Source: Clostridia bacterium (lineage in GTDB: Bacteria > Bacillota > Clostridia > JAAYHZ01). Taken from it: 64,000 bases of DNA. The DNA lies in assembly GCA_050950825.1 (NCBI GenBank), contig JBMNIH010000002.1:192001-256000 (forward strand), read 5' to 3'. The notes below the pieces were generated by a model. The model worked only from the letters and a program-made list of their open reading frames with translations. It had not been told where the DNA came from and did no database searches. Every line of letters begins with the position of its first letter. The first letter of the stretch is position 1. This document shows, piece by piece, positions 30,440 to 40,293 of the stretch. The translations under genes were made by a program, and so were the position numbers.

Positions 30440-31564
30440 TTATCCTCCGATGTATTCTTTCCGCCATTTTTCCCAAAAGATGTCCTTCCCTCGATCGGAC
30501 ATGAGATTTCCGATATCCTCTCTTGTTGCGCCTTCCTCGAACATTCTTTCAACCGTTTCGCAAGCTTCGATAAAGCTCAAAACAACTTCTACGGAATTCT
30601 TGTCAATATGAACGGCTTCCGAGAAAACGCCGCGGGCACCGTCTCTTACGGCGGCATAAACAAAATCCTTTGCCAATGTTTTATCCAGCAATCGATGGTA
30701 GATGCTGCACATTCTCCACATGAAGGGTACACTGCAGCCGTGAGAAATAATCCGAGGATTCAGCTTCGGCGAAACGGAAGGATCATACATGGTAATGCCT
30801 AAGGTATCCAAATGCTTCAGATGCTTTTCCGTCATATCCTCGCAGTGGAGGCTTCGCCTGCCCGGCTCCACGTCCGAATAAAGGATTTCCAAATAAGGTA
30901 TGACGAAATCCTCCCACATATCGGGAGGCACCAAAGCGGCGCAATCGTCGCAAATACCGGTTAAGTTTTTGTACTCAATACCGATCACCTTGGCATAAAA
31001 TTTTTTATACCGTATAACGCTGTAGGCGATTTTTTCAAGCATAGTCTTCAATTTTTCAGGCTCATCGTACAGGGAATAATAAAGGTCCAAATCCAGCATG
31101 GTATAGGCCTCCGTAACGGGGCCTTCGTAAGTCATACCGAAACCCACGTTTTTTCCCGGGAAAGCTTCCATGAGCTTCTCACGATACTCCAAGAAGAAAG
31201 GAATCTTTCCCTCTTTGGAAAAATCTCTTTCGCGGCTCAATATTTCGATCCACTCATTAATGGAAAACGCGGACCTTTCGTAATTGACTTCTCCGTCTCC
31301 CTCGGGGAATACCAAGGGAACGCCGACACCGTTTAAATGTCCATAGGAAACGGGCGGTGTGGAGATGCCCGGTCGCCTTATACGAGGGTTGTTCCCGAAA
31401 ATTTCCAGATAAGCATTCACATTTTTCGGGTCGTACATTTTGACAGCCGCCTTGTAATCGGTGTTAAATTCGTAGAGCGAAACTTCCGCCAACTTCGCCA
31501 AAGTGCTAACCGACGAATTGACGTACCAAAGGAATTTTTCCTTTTCTTTTACGTTTTTACTCAT
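30440..31564 (-). CDS. Divergent URO-D/MtaA fold protein
   Basis: EGP.T.A, DDCAALVPP.MW..FV.PY, SLHC. Confidence 0.7.
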   Translation of the reverse strand: MSKNVKEKEKFLWYVNSSVSTLAKLAEVSLYEFNTDYKAAVKMYDPKNVNAYLEIFGNNPRIRRPGISTPPVSYGHLNGVGVPLVFPEGDGEVNYERSAFSINEWIEILSRERDFSKEGKIPFFLEYREKLMEAFPGKNVGFGMTYEGPVTEAYTMLDLDLYYSLYDEPEKLKTMLEKIAYSVIRYKKFYAKVIGIEYKNLTGICDDCAALVPPDMWEDFVIPYLEILYSDVEPGRRSLHCEDMTEKHLKHLDTLGITMYDPSVSPKLNPRIISHGCSVPFMWRMCSIYHRLLDKTLAKDFVYAAVRDGARGVFSEAVHIDKNSVEVVLSFIEACETVERMFEEGATREDIGNLMSDRGKDIFWEKWRKEYIGG

Positions 31565-31621
31565 ATTTTGTCCTTTCAAGCAAAATATTTTTAAAAGGGC
31601 GCTTTCGCGCCCGTAATCTTG

Positions 31622-32878
31622 TTATTTCAAAAACAGCTCGATAACCGGCACCGTGACATTGGGCTTTTTCACGGGCAAGTTCAAAACCAATCCGTTATTA
31701 TCCGTTTTCTTCATAATGATTTCGGAGGCATCGTTCAAAAGCTGTGCGTATTCTACCTTATCCGCCATTCCGTCTAAGAACAGATGCTTAAACGGCCATG
31801 CAAATACATGCAAATACAAGGTCTTCGTCTTCGGATTGTAGGTGTAACGGCAGTCCCTCGGGCAAATGTATTCGTCGGGCGCTTGGGTGCATCCGTAGAT
31901 GGACCTGCCGTGGCGCTTCATCCATGTGCCGATTCCTTTCAGCCGTTCCAACGCCCTGTCGTCGAATTCTCCTCGAGCGGTAGGTCCTACGTTCAAAAGC
32001 ATGTTTCCGCCCTTGCTGACGGTGTCAATCAGCATTTGGACAAGCATATCTACGCTCTTCCAGGATTCTTCGTCTCGATTGTAACCCCAAGAACCGGAGA
32101 AGGTCTGGCAAGCTTCCCAAACAACCGGTTTCCCGTTGACCTTTAACCATTCACGGGGCTGGTACTGCTCCGGAGTCTTGATGTCTTGGTCGATCTGCAA
32201 ACGGTCGTTAATGATGATATCGGGCTGATGCTTTCTTACCAATTCAATCAGCTTTTCCGATCTCCATTGGTCTTTTCCTTTTCCTTCGAAACGGTCGGAT
32301 TTGGCAACGGAAAAGTCATACCACAAAATATCGATCTTGCCGAACTTGGTAACCAGCTCTTCCGATTGCTTGTAGAGATATTCGACATAAAGATCCAAAT
32401 TCCGTTCTTTATCCTGTGCAATATACTCCGGATTATCTCGCATAGGATGGCAGTGGTCGACGGTGTAGTGAGGATGGTGCCAATCCAACAGGGAATGATA
32501 GAATCCCACCTTTAAGCCTTCTTCTCGGAAAGCTTCTACCATGGGTTTTAACAAATCTTTTCCGTAAGGCGTATTGGGCGCTTTGTACCAAGTATACGCC
32601 GTATCCCACAAACAGAAGCCTTCATGGTGCTTTGTGGTGATAACAAAATACTTCATACCCGCTTCTTTTGCGGCTTTTGCCCATTCTCTTGGGTTGTACA
32701 GATCGGGATTAAAGTATTTGAAATACTTTTCATATACCTGTACGGGAATCTTTTCGTAGGACATGACCCATTCGTGACGGGCAGGCAGTGCATAAAGGCC
32801 CCAATGAATAAACATTCCAAAACGATCGTGGACAAACCATTCGGTATTGCCGGGCGTCTTATCGGGTTGCGGAATCAT
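31622..32878 (-). CDS. Alpha-L-fucosidase, GH29, cytoplasmic
   Basis: FGMFIHWG, TKHHEGF, LWYD nucleophile region, GGNMLLNVGP. Confidence 0.93.
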   Translation of the reverse strand: MIPQPDKTPGNTEWFVHDRFGMFIHWGLYALPARHEWVMSYEKIPVQVYEKYFKYFNPDLYNPREWAKAAKEAGMKYFVITTKHHEGFCLWDTAYTWYKAPNTPYGKDLLKPMVEAFREEGLKVGFYHSLLDWHHPHYTVDHCHPMRDNPEYIAQDKERNLDLYVEYLYKQSEELVTKFGKIDILWYDFSVAKSDRFEGKGKDQWRSEKLIELVRKHQPDIIINDRLQIDQDIKTPEQYQPREWLKVNGKPVVWEACQTFSGSWGYNRDEESWKSVDMLVQMLIDTVSKGGNMLLNVGPTARGEFDDRALERLKGIGTWMKRHGRSIYGCTQAPDEYICPRDCRYTYNPKTKTLYLHVFAWPFKHLFLDGMADKVEYAQLLNDASEIIMKKTDNNGLVLNLPVKKPNVTVPVIELFLK

Positions 32879-33128
32879 GATAGATCCTCCTTTCGCAACG
32901 AAAAATGCGGAATAGTTGAATACGTATTTAGTATATCATCCCCTGTCCGGCTGTCAATTGCAATCTCGTATAAGGAAACCCGAAGGAAGGGAAATGCCGG
33001 GCCCGAGTAAAACCCAATCGTTTCCCGGTCTTCCGGATATTACTTGTGTTGTTTTTACAATCATCCGAACACAGTATGAGGCGATTGTGATATAATTGAA
33101 GAACAATTCAATAGATTCAGGTGGTCAA

Positions 33129-34055
33129 ATGGATAAAAAAATTGAGCGACAGAAAAGGCTGCTAAAAATTTCAATAGGTCTGGCAATTTTTTTCTTTCTT
33201 CTTTCCGGGCTATTGATATATCTCAACTTTGATTACTTAGCATTTAAATTTTTAATCACACAAAAATACATATATACGGATACGCTTGATACCGTTTACG
33301 ACAAGTATTTAAAAACCGATCCGAACGGCAATTATTTAAGAAACTTTGACGATTTGGTAATCGCCCTGTCCACCATCGGCATCACCTATGAGAATAAAGA
33401 CAATTACACGTATTTGTATATTCCAGAAGCATACGAGGCGTACAAAGCGTATACCAAGGACAAAGGCTTAAAAACCGAGGTCCGCATTATCAACGATGAT
33501 ATCGTGTATCTTAGTCTGACCAATTTTTCCAAATACTCTTTGGACTTGATCAAGAAAAACATGGATGTTCTGACAAGCCGCAAAAATATCATCATTGACC
33601 TTCGGGATAACGGAGGCGGTCGGGTGGATATCATGCGCAAAACCGCTTCTTATTTCCTGCCGAAAAACGCCGTTATCGCTCAAGTGAGCTACCGCAACCG
33701 AATACAAATTACCAAGTCGCGCACAAAGCAAGTCTTAAGCTATGATAACATATATATTCTTCAAAGCGGTTCGACGGCCAGTGCCTCGGAAAACCTGATC
33801 GCCGCTTTAAAAGACAATTTGGATAACGTAACGCTCATCGGAGAAAACACCTTCGGTAAGGGCATCGGCCAGCTGACCATTCCTTTGAAGGACGGATATG
33901 CGGTAAAAGCAACAACCCTTTTATGGCAATCTCCGAAAGGATATGACATTCATCTGAAAGGAATCGCTCCCGATATCGAATACGGCGATCCGGATATGTT
34001 AGAGTACGCTATTGAATTGTTAAACAGCGTCCTAAGTACGGAAAACGTTGAATAA
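33129..34055 (+). CDS. S41 family (CtpA-like) peptidase with N-terminal TM
   Basis: IIDLRDNGGG, TASASE, TFGKG, GIAPD. Confidence 0.88.
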   Translation: MDKKIERQKRLLKISIGLAIFFFLLSGLLIYLNFDYLAFKFLITQKYIYTDTLDTVYDKYLKTDPNGNYLRNFDDLVIALSTIGITYENKDNYTYLYIPEAYEAYKAYTKDKGLKTEVRIINDDIVYLSLTNFSKYSLDLIKKNMDVLTSRKNIIIDLRDNGGGRVDIMRKTASYFLPKNAVIAQVSYRNRIQITKSRTKQVLSYDNIYILQSGSTASASENLIAALKDNLDNVTLIGENTFGKGIGQLTIPLKDGYAVKATTLLWQSPKGYDIHLKGIAPDIEYGDPDMLEYAIELLNSVLSTENVE

Positions 34056-34061
34056 GAAATT

Positions 34062-34097
34062 AAAAAAGCCCGGCGGGACCTTGGTCCTCCGGGCTTT
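34062..34097. terminator. Bidirectional terminator
   Basis: AAAGCCCGG...CCGGGCTTT between convergent genes. Confidence 0.75.
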
Positions 34098-34109
34098 ATA
34101 CATACCGGT

Positions 34110-35480
34110 TTAATCTCTCTCACTGAGCTTTGTATATTTTTTCGGCGTAACCACGTTTTTGTATGCCGGTCTCATGATCTTTCCGCCGTTAATCAATTCC
34201 TCGATGCGGTGTCCGCACCATCCTACGATTCGGGATACGGCGAACAGGGGCGTGTACATATCCTTCGGTATCCCCAGCATATCCAACAAGAAGCCGGAAT
34301 AAAAGTCTACATTCGCACTGATAGCTTTATTCAAGCCCTTATGCTCGTTAAACAAAGCGGGCGATATTCTTTCGATCATATCGTACAATTTAAATTCATC
34401 CGTTCTGCCGGTTTTTTCGGCCAAGTATTTGGCTTGTTCTTTTAATATGACGGCTCTGGGGTCGGATAAGGTATAAACCGCATGGCCGATCCCGTATATC
34501 AAGCCGGTCCGGTCATAAGCCTTCTTTTGCAGTATCTTTTTTAAGTAATCCGCCACTTCGTTTTCATCGTCCCAGTTCTTCACGTTGGCCTTAATCTCAT
34601 CCATCATGCCCATAACCTTTATGTTTGCACCGCCGTGCCTCGGCCCCTTCAAAGAACCGATGGCCGCTACAATGGCGGAGTAAATATCCGTTCCGGAAGA
34701 GGATACTACGTGGGTGGCAAATGCCGAGTTGTTACCGCCACCGTGTTCGGCATGGAGTATGAGGAACAAATCCAAAATTTTCGCTTCTTCTCTTGTGTAC
34801 TGTCCGTCGGAACGGATCAGCCTTAATATGTTCTCGGCGGAGCTTAATTCCGGCAAGGGATTCCGAATATGCAGCGTTTTGTTGTTGTAGTTGTACTCCT
34901 TCGCTTGGTATCCGTAGGAAACAAAGGACGGAAACATAGCGATCAAAAGGATGCTTTGAACGATGTTGTTTTTTACATCCAAATTATCCGGATCGTCGTC
35001 AAAAGAGTACATGGCCAAAACATATCTTGCCAGCATGTTCATCAAGTCTTTGCTGGGAAAAGCCAAAATGACGTCTTCCAAGAAACCGTCCGGCAATCTT
35101 CTTTGGCTGCCCAAAAGCTCGGTGAAGGTTTCCAACTCTTTTTTACCGGGTAATTTCCCGAAAAGGATCAAATAGCATACTTCTTCAAAGCCGAAGCGAT
35201 CCTCTTCCAGTATTCCGGAGATGATTTCCTCCACGTCAATGCCTCGGTAACGCAAACGGCCGTGGACGGGTACTTTCTCGTTTTCGTCCATGATATATCC
35301 GTGAACATCACCGATTTCGGTCAATCCCACCAAGACGCCGGTTCCGTCTTCGTTTCGTAATCCTCTCTTTACGTTGTACCTCCAATACAACTCCGGAGAT
35401 ATCTTATTGGTTGCAATGGTTTCATCCGTAATTTTATCAATGAAACCGTTATAGTTTTCTACAATAAGTCTTTTCTTCAT
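34110..35480 (-). CDS. Citrate synthase (Si-type citrate/2-methylcitrate synthase family)
   Basis: LHAEHGGGN, LKGPRHGGAN, YGIGHAVY..SDPR, NVDFYSG. Confidence 0.9.
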   Translation of the reverse strand: MKKRLIVENYNGFIDKITDETIATNKISPELYWRYNVKRGLRNEDGTGVLVGLTEIGDVHGYIMDENEKVPVHGRLRYRGIDVEEIISGILEEDRFGFEEVCYLILFGKLPGKKELETFTELLGSQRRLPDGFLEDVILAFPSKDLMNMLARYVLAMYSFDDDPDNLDVKNNIVQSILLIAMFPSFVSYGYQAKEYNYNNKTLHIRNPLPELSSAENILRLIRSDGQYTREEAKILDLFLILHAEHGGGNNSAFATHVVSSSGTDIYSAIVAAIGSLKGPRHGGANIKVMGMMDEIKANVKNWDDENEVADYLKKILQKKAYDRTGLIYGIGHAVYTLSDPRAVILKEQAKYLAEKTGRTDEFKLYDMIERISPALFNEHKGLNKAISANVDFYSGFLLDMLGIPKDMYTPLFAVSRIVGWCGHRIEELINGGKIMRPAYKNVVTPKKYTKLSERD

Positions 35481-36169
35481 AGCATAATCTCCTTACTGTC
35501 TCCATTTATGACATTCAACCAGTATACTCTTGCATTCTTTACATGAAGGTACATCATTTCCTCGGCTTGCCGAGCATTGTGTTCCTTCAAAGCGGTTAAT
35601 ATTGCTCTGTGCTCTTCCAAAACCTTTTCCGCTCGCTCCGGCGTTGCCAAAGCTTGGCTTCGAGCACGTTGAACATATTTATGAAACATTTTTAAAACAT
35701 GGATGAGAGGACGGCTGTCGCAGGCGCAGAAAATGATATCGTGAAAAAGCGTATCGATTTTCATCAGCTGTTCCGCATCTTTCTTTTGTGTAAAAAACTC
35801 CTGCAATTCCAACGCTCTCTCTAAAGCTTGAAGCTCCTCGTCCGTTATCCCGGTAGCGGCCCATCGTGCGGCCAAGCCTTCAATCAAGACGCGGATTTCG
35901 TATATATCGCGGATATCTTTCTCCGAGATGCCTTTAACGATGGCTCCTTTATTCGGTATGTACTCTACGAGCCCCTCAAGCTCCAACTGTCTGATCGCTT
36001 CCCTTACCGGAGTCCGGCTGACGCCCAATTCCGCGGAAAGACGAACTTCGGTTAAGTTTTCTCCGTCTCTTAAATGCCCTTCGATAATGGCATTTTGAAG
36101 CTTTTCAAACACCTTGCTTCTTAAAGAGCCTATATCCTCCGGATTAATTTCATCCAACTTACTAAACAT
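35477..36169 (-). CDS. GntR (FadR/FCD) family regulator
   Basis: LGVSRTPVREAI HTH and FCD C-terminal domain. Confidence 0.92.
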   Translation of the reverse strand: MFSKLDEINPEDIGSLRSKVFEKLQNAIIEGHLRDGENLTEVRLSAELGVSRTPVREAIRQLELEGLVEYIPNKGAIVKGISEKDIRDIYEIRVLIEGLAARWAATGITDEELQALERALELQEFFTQKKDAEQLMKIDTLFHDIIFCACDSRPLIHVLKMFHKYVQRARSQALATPERAEKVLEEHRAILTALKEHNARQAEEMMYLHVKNARVYWLNVINGDSKEIML

Positions 36170-36204
36170 AAAGATTTACCTCAATCCGACATTTAATGAG
36201 TTAG

Positions 36205-36233
36205 ATTGTATACAAATATACATTATCCGTCAA
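36205..36233 (-). promoter_or_regulatory. Sigma-A promoter overlapped by palindromic operator TTGTATACAA
   Basis: TTGACG-N17-TACAAT; perfect palindrome at 36206-36215 of the type bound by FadR-subfamily GntR proteins. Confidence 0.7.
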
Positions 36234-36489
36234 TATCTTTTTAAACTTTTTTGAAAAATATATTATCCTAAATTTCAAAAATGCCGAATAAATGAAATCA
36301 AAAGCAGAAATATGGGGCGTTTAAAACTTATTACGAAATTTTACCCGTCACCATGTTTCATTTGCATAATTATACGAAATAGGAGACAAAAATTCCTATT
36401 TATACAGGAAAAAGATTTATATCAAAAAAAGGACAAAGATCCGAAAGATACGAAAAAAGACCGGATTCCGCCGGAGTTTCGACCGTTTC

Positions 36490-37194
36490 TTAAGAAAGGA
36501 CCTGATCTTGGTTATTGTTATCATCGTCCTCAATCTCTTGGATTTCCTGACGTTCTTCCATGTTGTTGATGTTGGGAATTTCCATCTTGGTTACGGAAAC
36601 CTCATAAGCGGTTTTATTCTCGACCGTACCGTCATCGTATTTTTTCTGATAATCGCGGCTTTGTATGCGACCCCAAATACGAATATTATCTCCTACCTTC
36701 AGTCTTCGTGAATACCGGGCGTTTCTCCCCCATGCGATACACGGTATGTAATCGGATTTGTTATACGGCCTGTTAATGGCCAGCAACAGATCGGTAATTT
36801 CTCGTCCGAAGGGCGTCGTTCGATATACCGGCTTTTTACATATAAATCCGCATAGATAAATTTGATTGGGGTTTTTGATTTCGTTATAGTCGTTGATGAA
36901 TTCGATTTCCCTGGCAAACAAGGTTAACAACAGCTTGCTTCCGTAAGGATTCATATTGTTGTAGGATCGGAACTGACCGTCTACCAAAATTTGTTTTCCG
37001 GGCGTTAATGTATGAATATCCAGCAAACGATCGGATACCGTTATTAATATCGTGTCATAGCTGGAACTCAGTCTTGGGATACGCAAGAAGAAGTTATAAA
37101 AGGATTCACTGTATATCTCGTGACTGAACTTTAATTCCGAAGCGATCTCTCCTGCCAAGCTGGCAATATTGTTGTCTATTGTATATTCGCTCAT
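36490..37194 (-). CDS. ssb: Single-stranded DNA-binding protein, tandem OB-fold clostridial type
   Basis: PRLS...GQFRSYN and YRTTPFGREI...SDYIPCIAWGRNA...GRIQSR. Confidence 0.88.
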   Translation of the reverse strand: MSEYTIDNNIASLAGEIASELKFSHEIYSESFYNFFLRIPRLSSSYDTILITVSDRLLDIHTLTPGKQILVDGQFRSYNNMNPYGSKLLLTLFAREIEFINDYNEIKNPNQIYLCGFICKKPVYRTTPFGREITDLLLAINRPYNKSDYIPCIAWGRNARYSRRLKVGDNIRIWGRIQSRDYQKKYDDGTVENKTAYEVSVTKMEIPNINNMEERQEIQEIEDDDNNNQDQVLS

Positions 37195-37270
37195 CGTTTC
37201 CTCCTCTGAATCCGTTCCATACCATCACGTACGGTCGATTCGAAATCCATGCGGTGTGTGCTTTCTTGTC

Positions 37271-37299
37271 ATTATAAACTACAACGATGCAAAATGCAA
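37271..37299 (-). promoter_or_regulatory. Putative sigma-A promoter for ssb
   Basis: TTGCAT-N17-TATAAT on the minus strand. Confidence 0.55.
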
Positions 37300-37436
37300 T
37301 ATTATTACATAATTAATATCTTCTTCGAATTTTACAATCATTTTTTTACAAAATCGATTCCTCTCGTCATATTCAAAGCGGATGAGTTCTTTTCTAGGAA
37401 ATCCTGTTTCATGAAACTTTACATTCTTCGCTTTTC

Positions 37437-37620
37437 ATTTTACCACATCACGGGTAAACAAATACATGCGCAATTGCTATAAATTTAATTTTTTTCGGTA
37501 TTTTTATACCGATTCTCTATCCTTTCTTCGGAACAGGAGCATGTAAAGAAAAAGATTGGCGATAAGCAGATCGGGATTTCCTGTAAAAAGTATCTTTTGT
37601 TTTCCCGAATCCATCTTCTC
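37437..37620 (+). repeat. 184-bp direct repeat, copy 1 (target-site duplication)
   Basis: Identical to 42828-43011; abuts the left IS end. Confidence 0.95.
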
Positions 37621-37759
37621 GGGTCTTTGACAGTTTAAAAATGAAAAAATCCCCAAAAGCCTTGATATAGGCTTATTTTTTTGTCAATTTTTCTATATTA
37701 ATATTGCACAATGTATCACAATGTGCTAATATAAGTATATATCTAAAGTAGGTGATATC

Positions 37760-38075
37760 ATGAGACTGCAAATATCCGGTTCGAGAAATGCCGCTTCTTA
37801 TTATGTTGTCAAAACCGTTTACGAGAACGGAAAAAAAACAAATAAGATTCATGAAAAACTTGGAACTCACGCGGAACTAAAAGCTAAATTAGGTGATAAG
37901 GATCCCAAAGAATGGGCTGAAGAATACGTTAAAGAATTGAATCGCCAAATGAAAGAAGGAAAAGAACCCGATATCATCGTGAAATATTCTCCTTATAAGC
38001 GGATTGAAAAAGACATACAACGGTTATTTAACGGAGGGTACCTTTTTCTACAGCAGATTTACCATGAACTTAAAT
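37760..38075 (+). pseudogene. IS1634 transposase, N-terminal part
   Basis: YYVVKTVYENGKK...EKLG...NGGYLFLQQIYHEL; interrupted at 38076 by the IS21 end. Confidence 0.85.
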
Positions 38076-38198
38076 TGAATATTCCGAGGTGGCGGAGCCA
38101 CCTAATCTTTTAAGATAGAGCCATCTGTTCCGTTACAGAGAGCCGGTAATATGATAGCGGGAGCCACCACTTTACCGATGACTCCCTGAGAATGAATC

Positions 38199-38945
38199 TT
38201 AATCCTGTATAATGCGTTTACGTTGACGCATAGAAACATCACCATCAATTTTCATTATGTAAGCAGACGGAACTATACGGTCTAGAATGGAATCGGCAAG
38301 AGCGCTACCGCCTAACCTTTGATGCCAACCTTCGGGGGTAAATTGAGAGCAAAATATGGTGGATGCATGCCCGCATCTGTATTCCATAAGTTCAAGGAGG
38401 TCACGCTGCTCTTGATCTGACGCAGGAATAAGGAGAAACTCATCCAATATGACAAGGGCATATTTCTGATACTGTCTCATTATCTGTTGATACTTTCCTT
38501 GGATACGCGCCGCCTCCAATTCACTGAATAGCTCAGGGAGACGAACATACCTTGTCTTGTATCCGGATTGACATGCGTTAACTCCAAGTGCATTCGCTAT
38601 GTAGGTTTTACCGCATCCGGTTGCCCCAATTAAAATGACATTTAAACCTCTACGAATATATTCATTATCAGCAAGATTATTCAAAAGATCACGGTTTAGA
38701 TGGCGATCCGGAAGGTAGTCAATGTTACCAAGGAAGGCGGAAGAATTAGAGAATCTTGCATTCTTGATGAGTCGCTTGATATTGTTATTGTGTCTGGAAT
38801 CGAATTCGGCATCCGCTAAAAGGGTCAACCGCTCGTGGAATGACAAAGACGAATATTCCGTTTCATTATCAATTTGTCTTTGGTATGCTTCAGCGAAGGC
38901 GGGCAGTTTCATGGCTTTCAGCTTTCTAATCGTCTCATTTTTCAT
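38199..38945 (-). CDS. istB: IS21 helper ATPase IstB
   Basis: GATGCGKT, LILDE-type Walker B (VILDEF), CSQF, DSILDR. Confidence 0.93.
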   Translation of the reverse strand: MKNETIRKLKAMKLPAFAEAYQRQIDNETEYSSLSFHERLTLLADAEFDSRHNNNIKRLIKNARFSNSSAFLGNIDYLPDRHLNRDLLNNLADNEYIRRGLNVILIGATGCGKTYIANALGVNACQSGYKTRYVRLPELFSELEAARIQGKYQQIMRQYQKYALVILDEFLLIPASDQEQRDLLELMEYRCGHASTIFCSQFTPEGWHQRLGGSALADSILDRIVPSAYIMKIDGDVSMRQRKRIIQD

Positions 38946-40283
38946 GTTTTTCACCTCCGAAGTAAGCAGCACCTCTTATGATGGCGTATTTATCAGAGGA
39001 AGTATCGTCAGTTTTGTTGGGTTTGGACATTTCTGACGACTTTTTATCTTGGCCTGCTTCTAAAATCAGGCGAATGTTTTTGTAGCGAGGGTTGGGTATC
39101 TTGGTAAGTGCTATTCGACAGGCATCTTCTAACCTTTCAGGTGTATATTTGTCGGACAGTTTCAGAAGCGATAGGCAGCCTTTGTATGCCTGTTCTTCTA
39201 TTCGATAGGATTCAAACATTCTCCGGACGACCTGCTTTGTGGCTTCGCCGATATCGGAAGCCCATTTCAGAAAACGTGTGGAATCCCATTCGCTGTACAA
39301 TTGGTGGTTCGCCGGCATATGATCAACCACGGTGGAATACTGTCCCCTGCGGCCATACAAGCGTTTATGACTACAAATACGGGTTCCTTTGTAATAGACT
39401 TCGATGATACTCTTGGTATACCTAACGTCTACCTTCTTTTTAACATATTCATAAGGTACTGAATAGTATTGTTGATCTATGGCAATATGGTAATTCAGCT
39501 GTACCGTCGCTGTTTTCCATTGTGCCAATTCGTACGGGTATTTAGGCAGCGATTGCATGAAGGGAAGTTCTTCTTCCATGAAAACCGAATAACGGCTGCC
39601 ATCCTTCTTCTGGAATGGATTTTGGTTGAATTTATCCAATTCCTTGAGAATTGCTTTATTCAATTCTTCAATACTGAAGAACTGACGATTTCGTAACCTT
39701 GCTATGATATGGGATGTCAGATTACCTACAGTAGTTTCTACGGCTGCTTTATCACGCGGGGCCATAATGCGAGCCGGTAGAATGGCTGTTTGGTAGTGAT
39801 CTGCTAACTCTTGATATGCGCGATTAACAATAGGATCTTCATGTTTCTTGTTTTCGAGGATCCCAACCTTAAGGTTATCGGGTATTAACATCCTGGTTGT
39901 TCCTCCGAAGTACTCATACATGCTAATATGAGCATTTATCCAGTCTTCCTCCTTCATGGTAAGACATGCTTTTGCATAACAGTACATGCTAAACGGAAGA
40001 GTCCCGACAAACAAATAAACCTTGCAGCTTTTTCCTGTCAATTTGTCATATAGCGGCAAGGTGGCTCCATCCCAATCTACCATTAATTTATCTCCGGGTT
40101 TATGCCGGATATGCATTGTAAGGCTGTTTTTGTCTACATAGTCCTGGTAGAGTTTACAGTACTGAGAATACATGTAGGGCGGTTTACCCTCGTTACGACA
40201 AGCGTCAACATATTCTTGCCACAGAAGCTTTAATGTTACTCCGCTTTTCAGTAGTTCTTTGTGGATGTAATCAAAGTCAGGGG
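38935..40283 (-). pseudogene. istA: IS21 transposase IstA, 5'-truncated
   Basis: HKPGDKLMVDW, PDNLK, PRDKAAVE DDE motifs; begins at PDFDYIHKEL without the N-terminal HTH or its own start. Confidence 0.88.
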
Positions 40284-40293
40284 TGAACTTAAA

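Larger units (their letters stand above)
38076..40283 (-). mobile_element. IS21-family element missing its left end and the 5' part of istA
   Basis: End starts TG with GAGCC subterminal repeats about 22 bp apart (38095-38166); istA-istB pair; flanked by TGAACTTAAAT duplication. Confidence 0.88.

Noticed and set aside
32960-33045. GC-rich intergenic stretch containing CCGAAGGAAG, reminiscent of SRP RNA or a riboswitch
   Set aside because: Lacks the SRP domain IV pairing (CAGG...AGCAG) and I could not fit any known aptamer; an Rfam scan would settle it
37249-37482. 77-aa ORF upstream of ssb
   Set aside because: AT-rich, no RBS, lies antisense over the ssb promoter and runs into the target duplication
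38090-38170. Periodic GAGCC repeats as a mini-CRISPR or iteron array
   Set aside because: Short degenerate repeats next to a TG end are the usual IS21 subterminal transposase-binding sites
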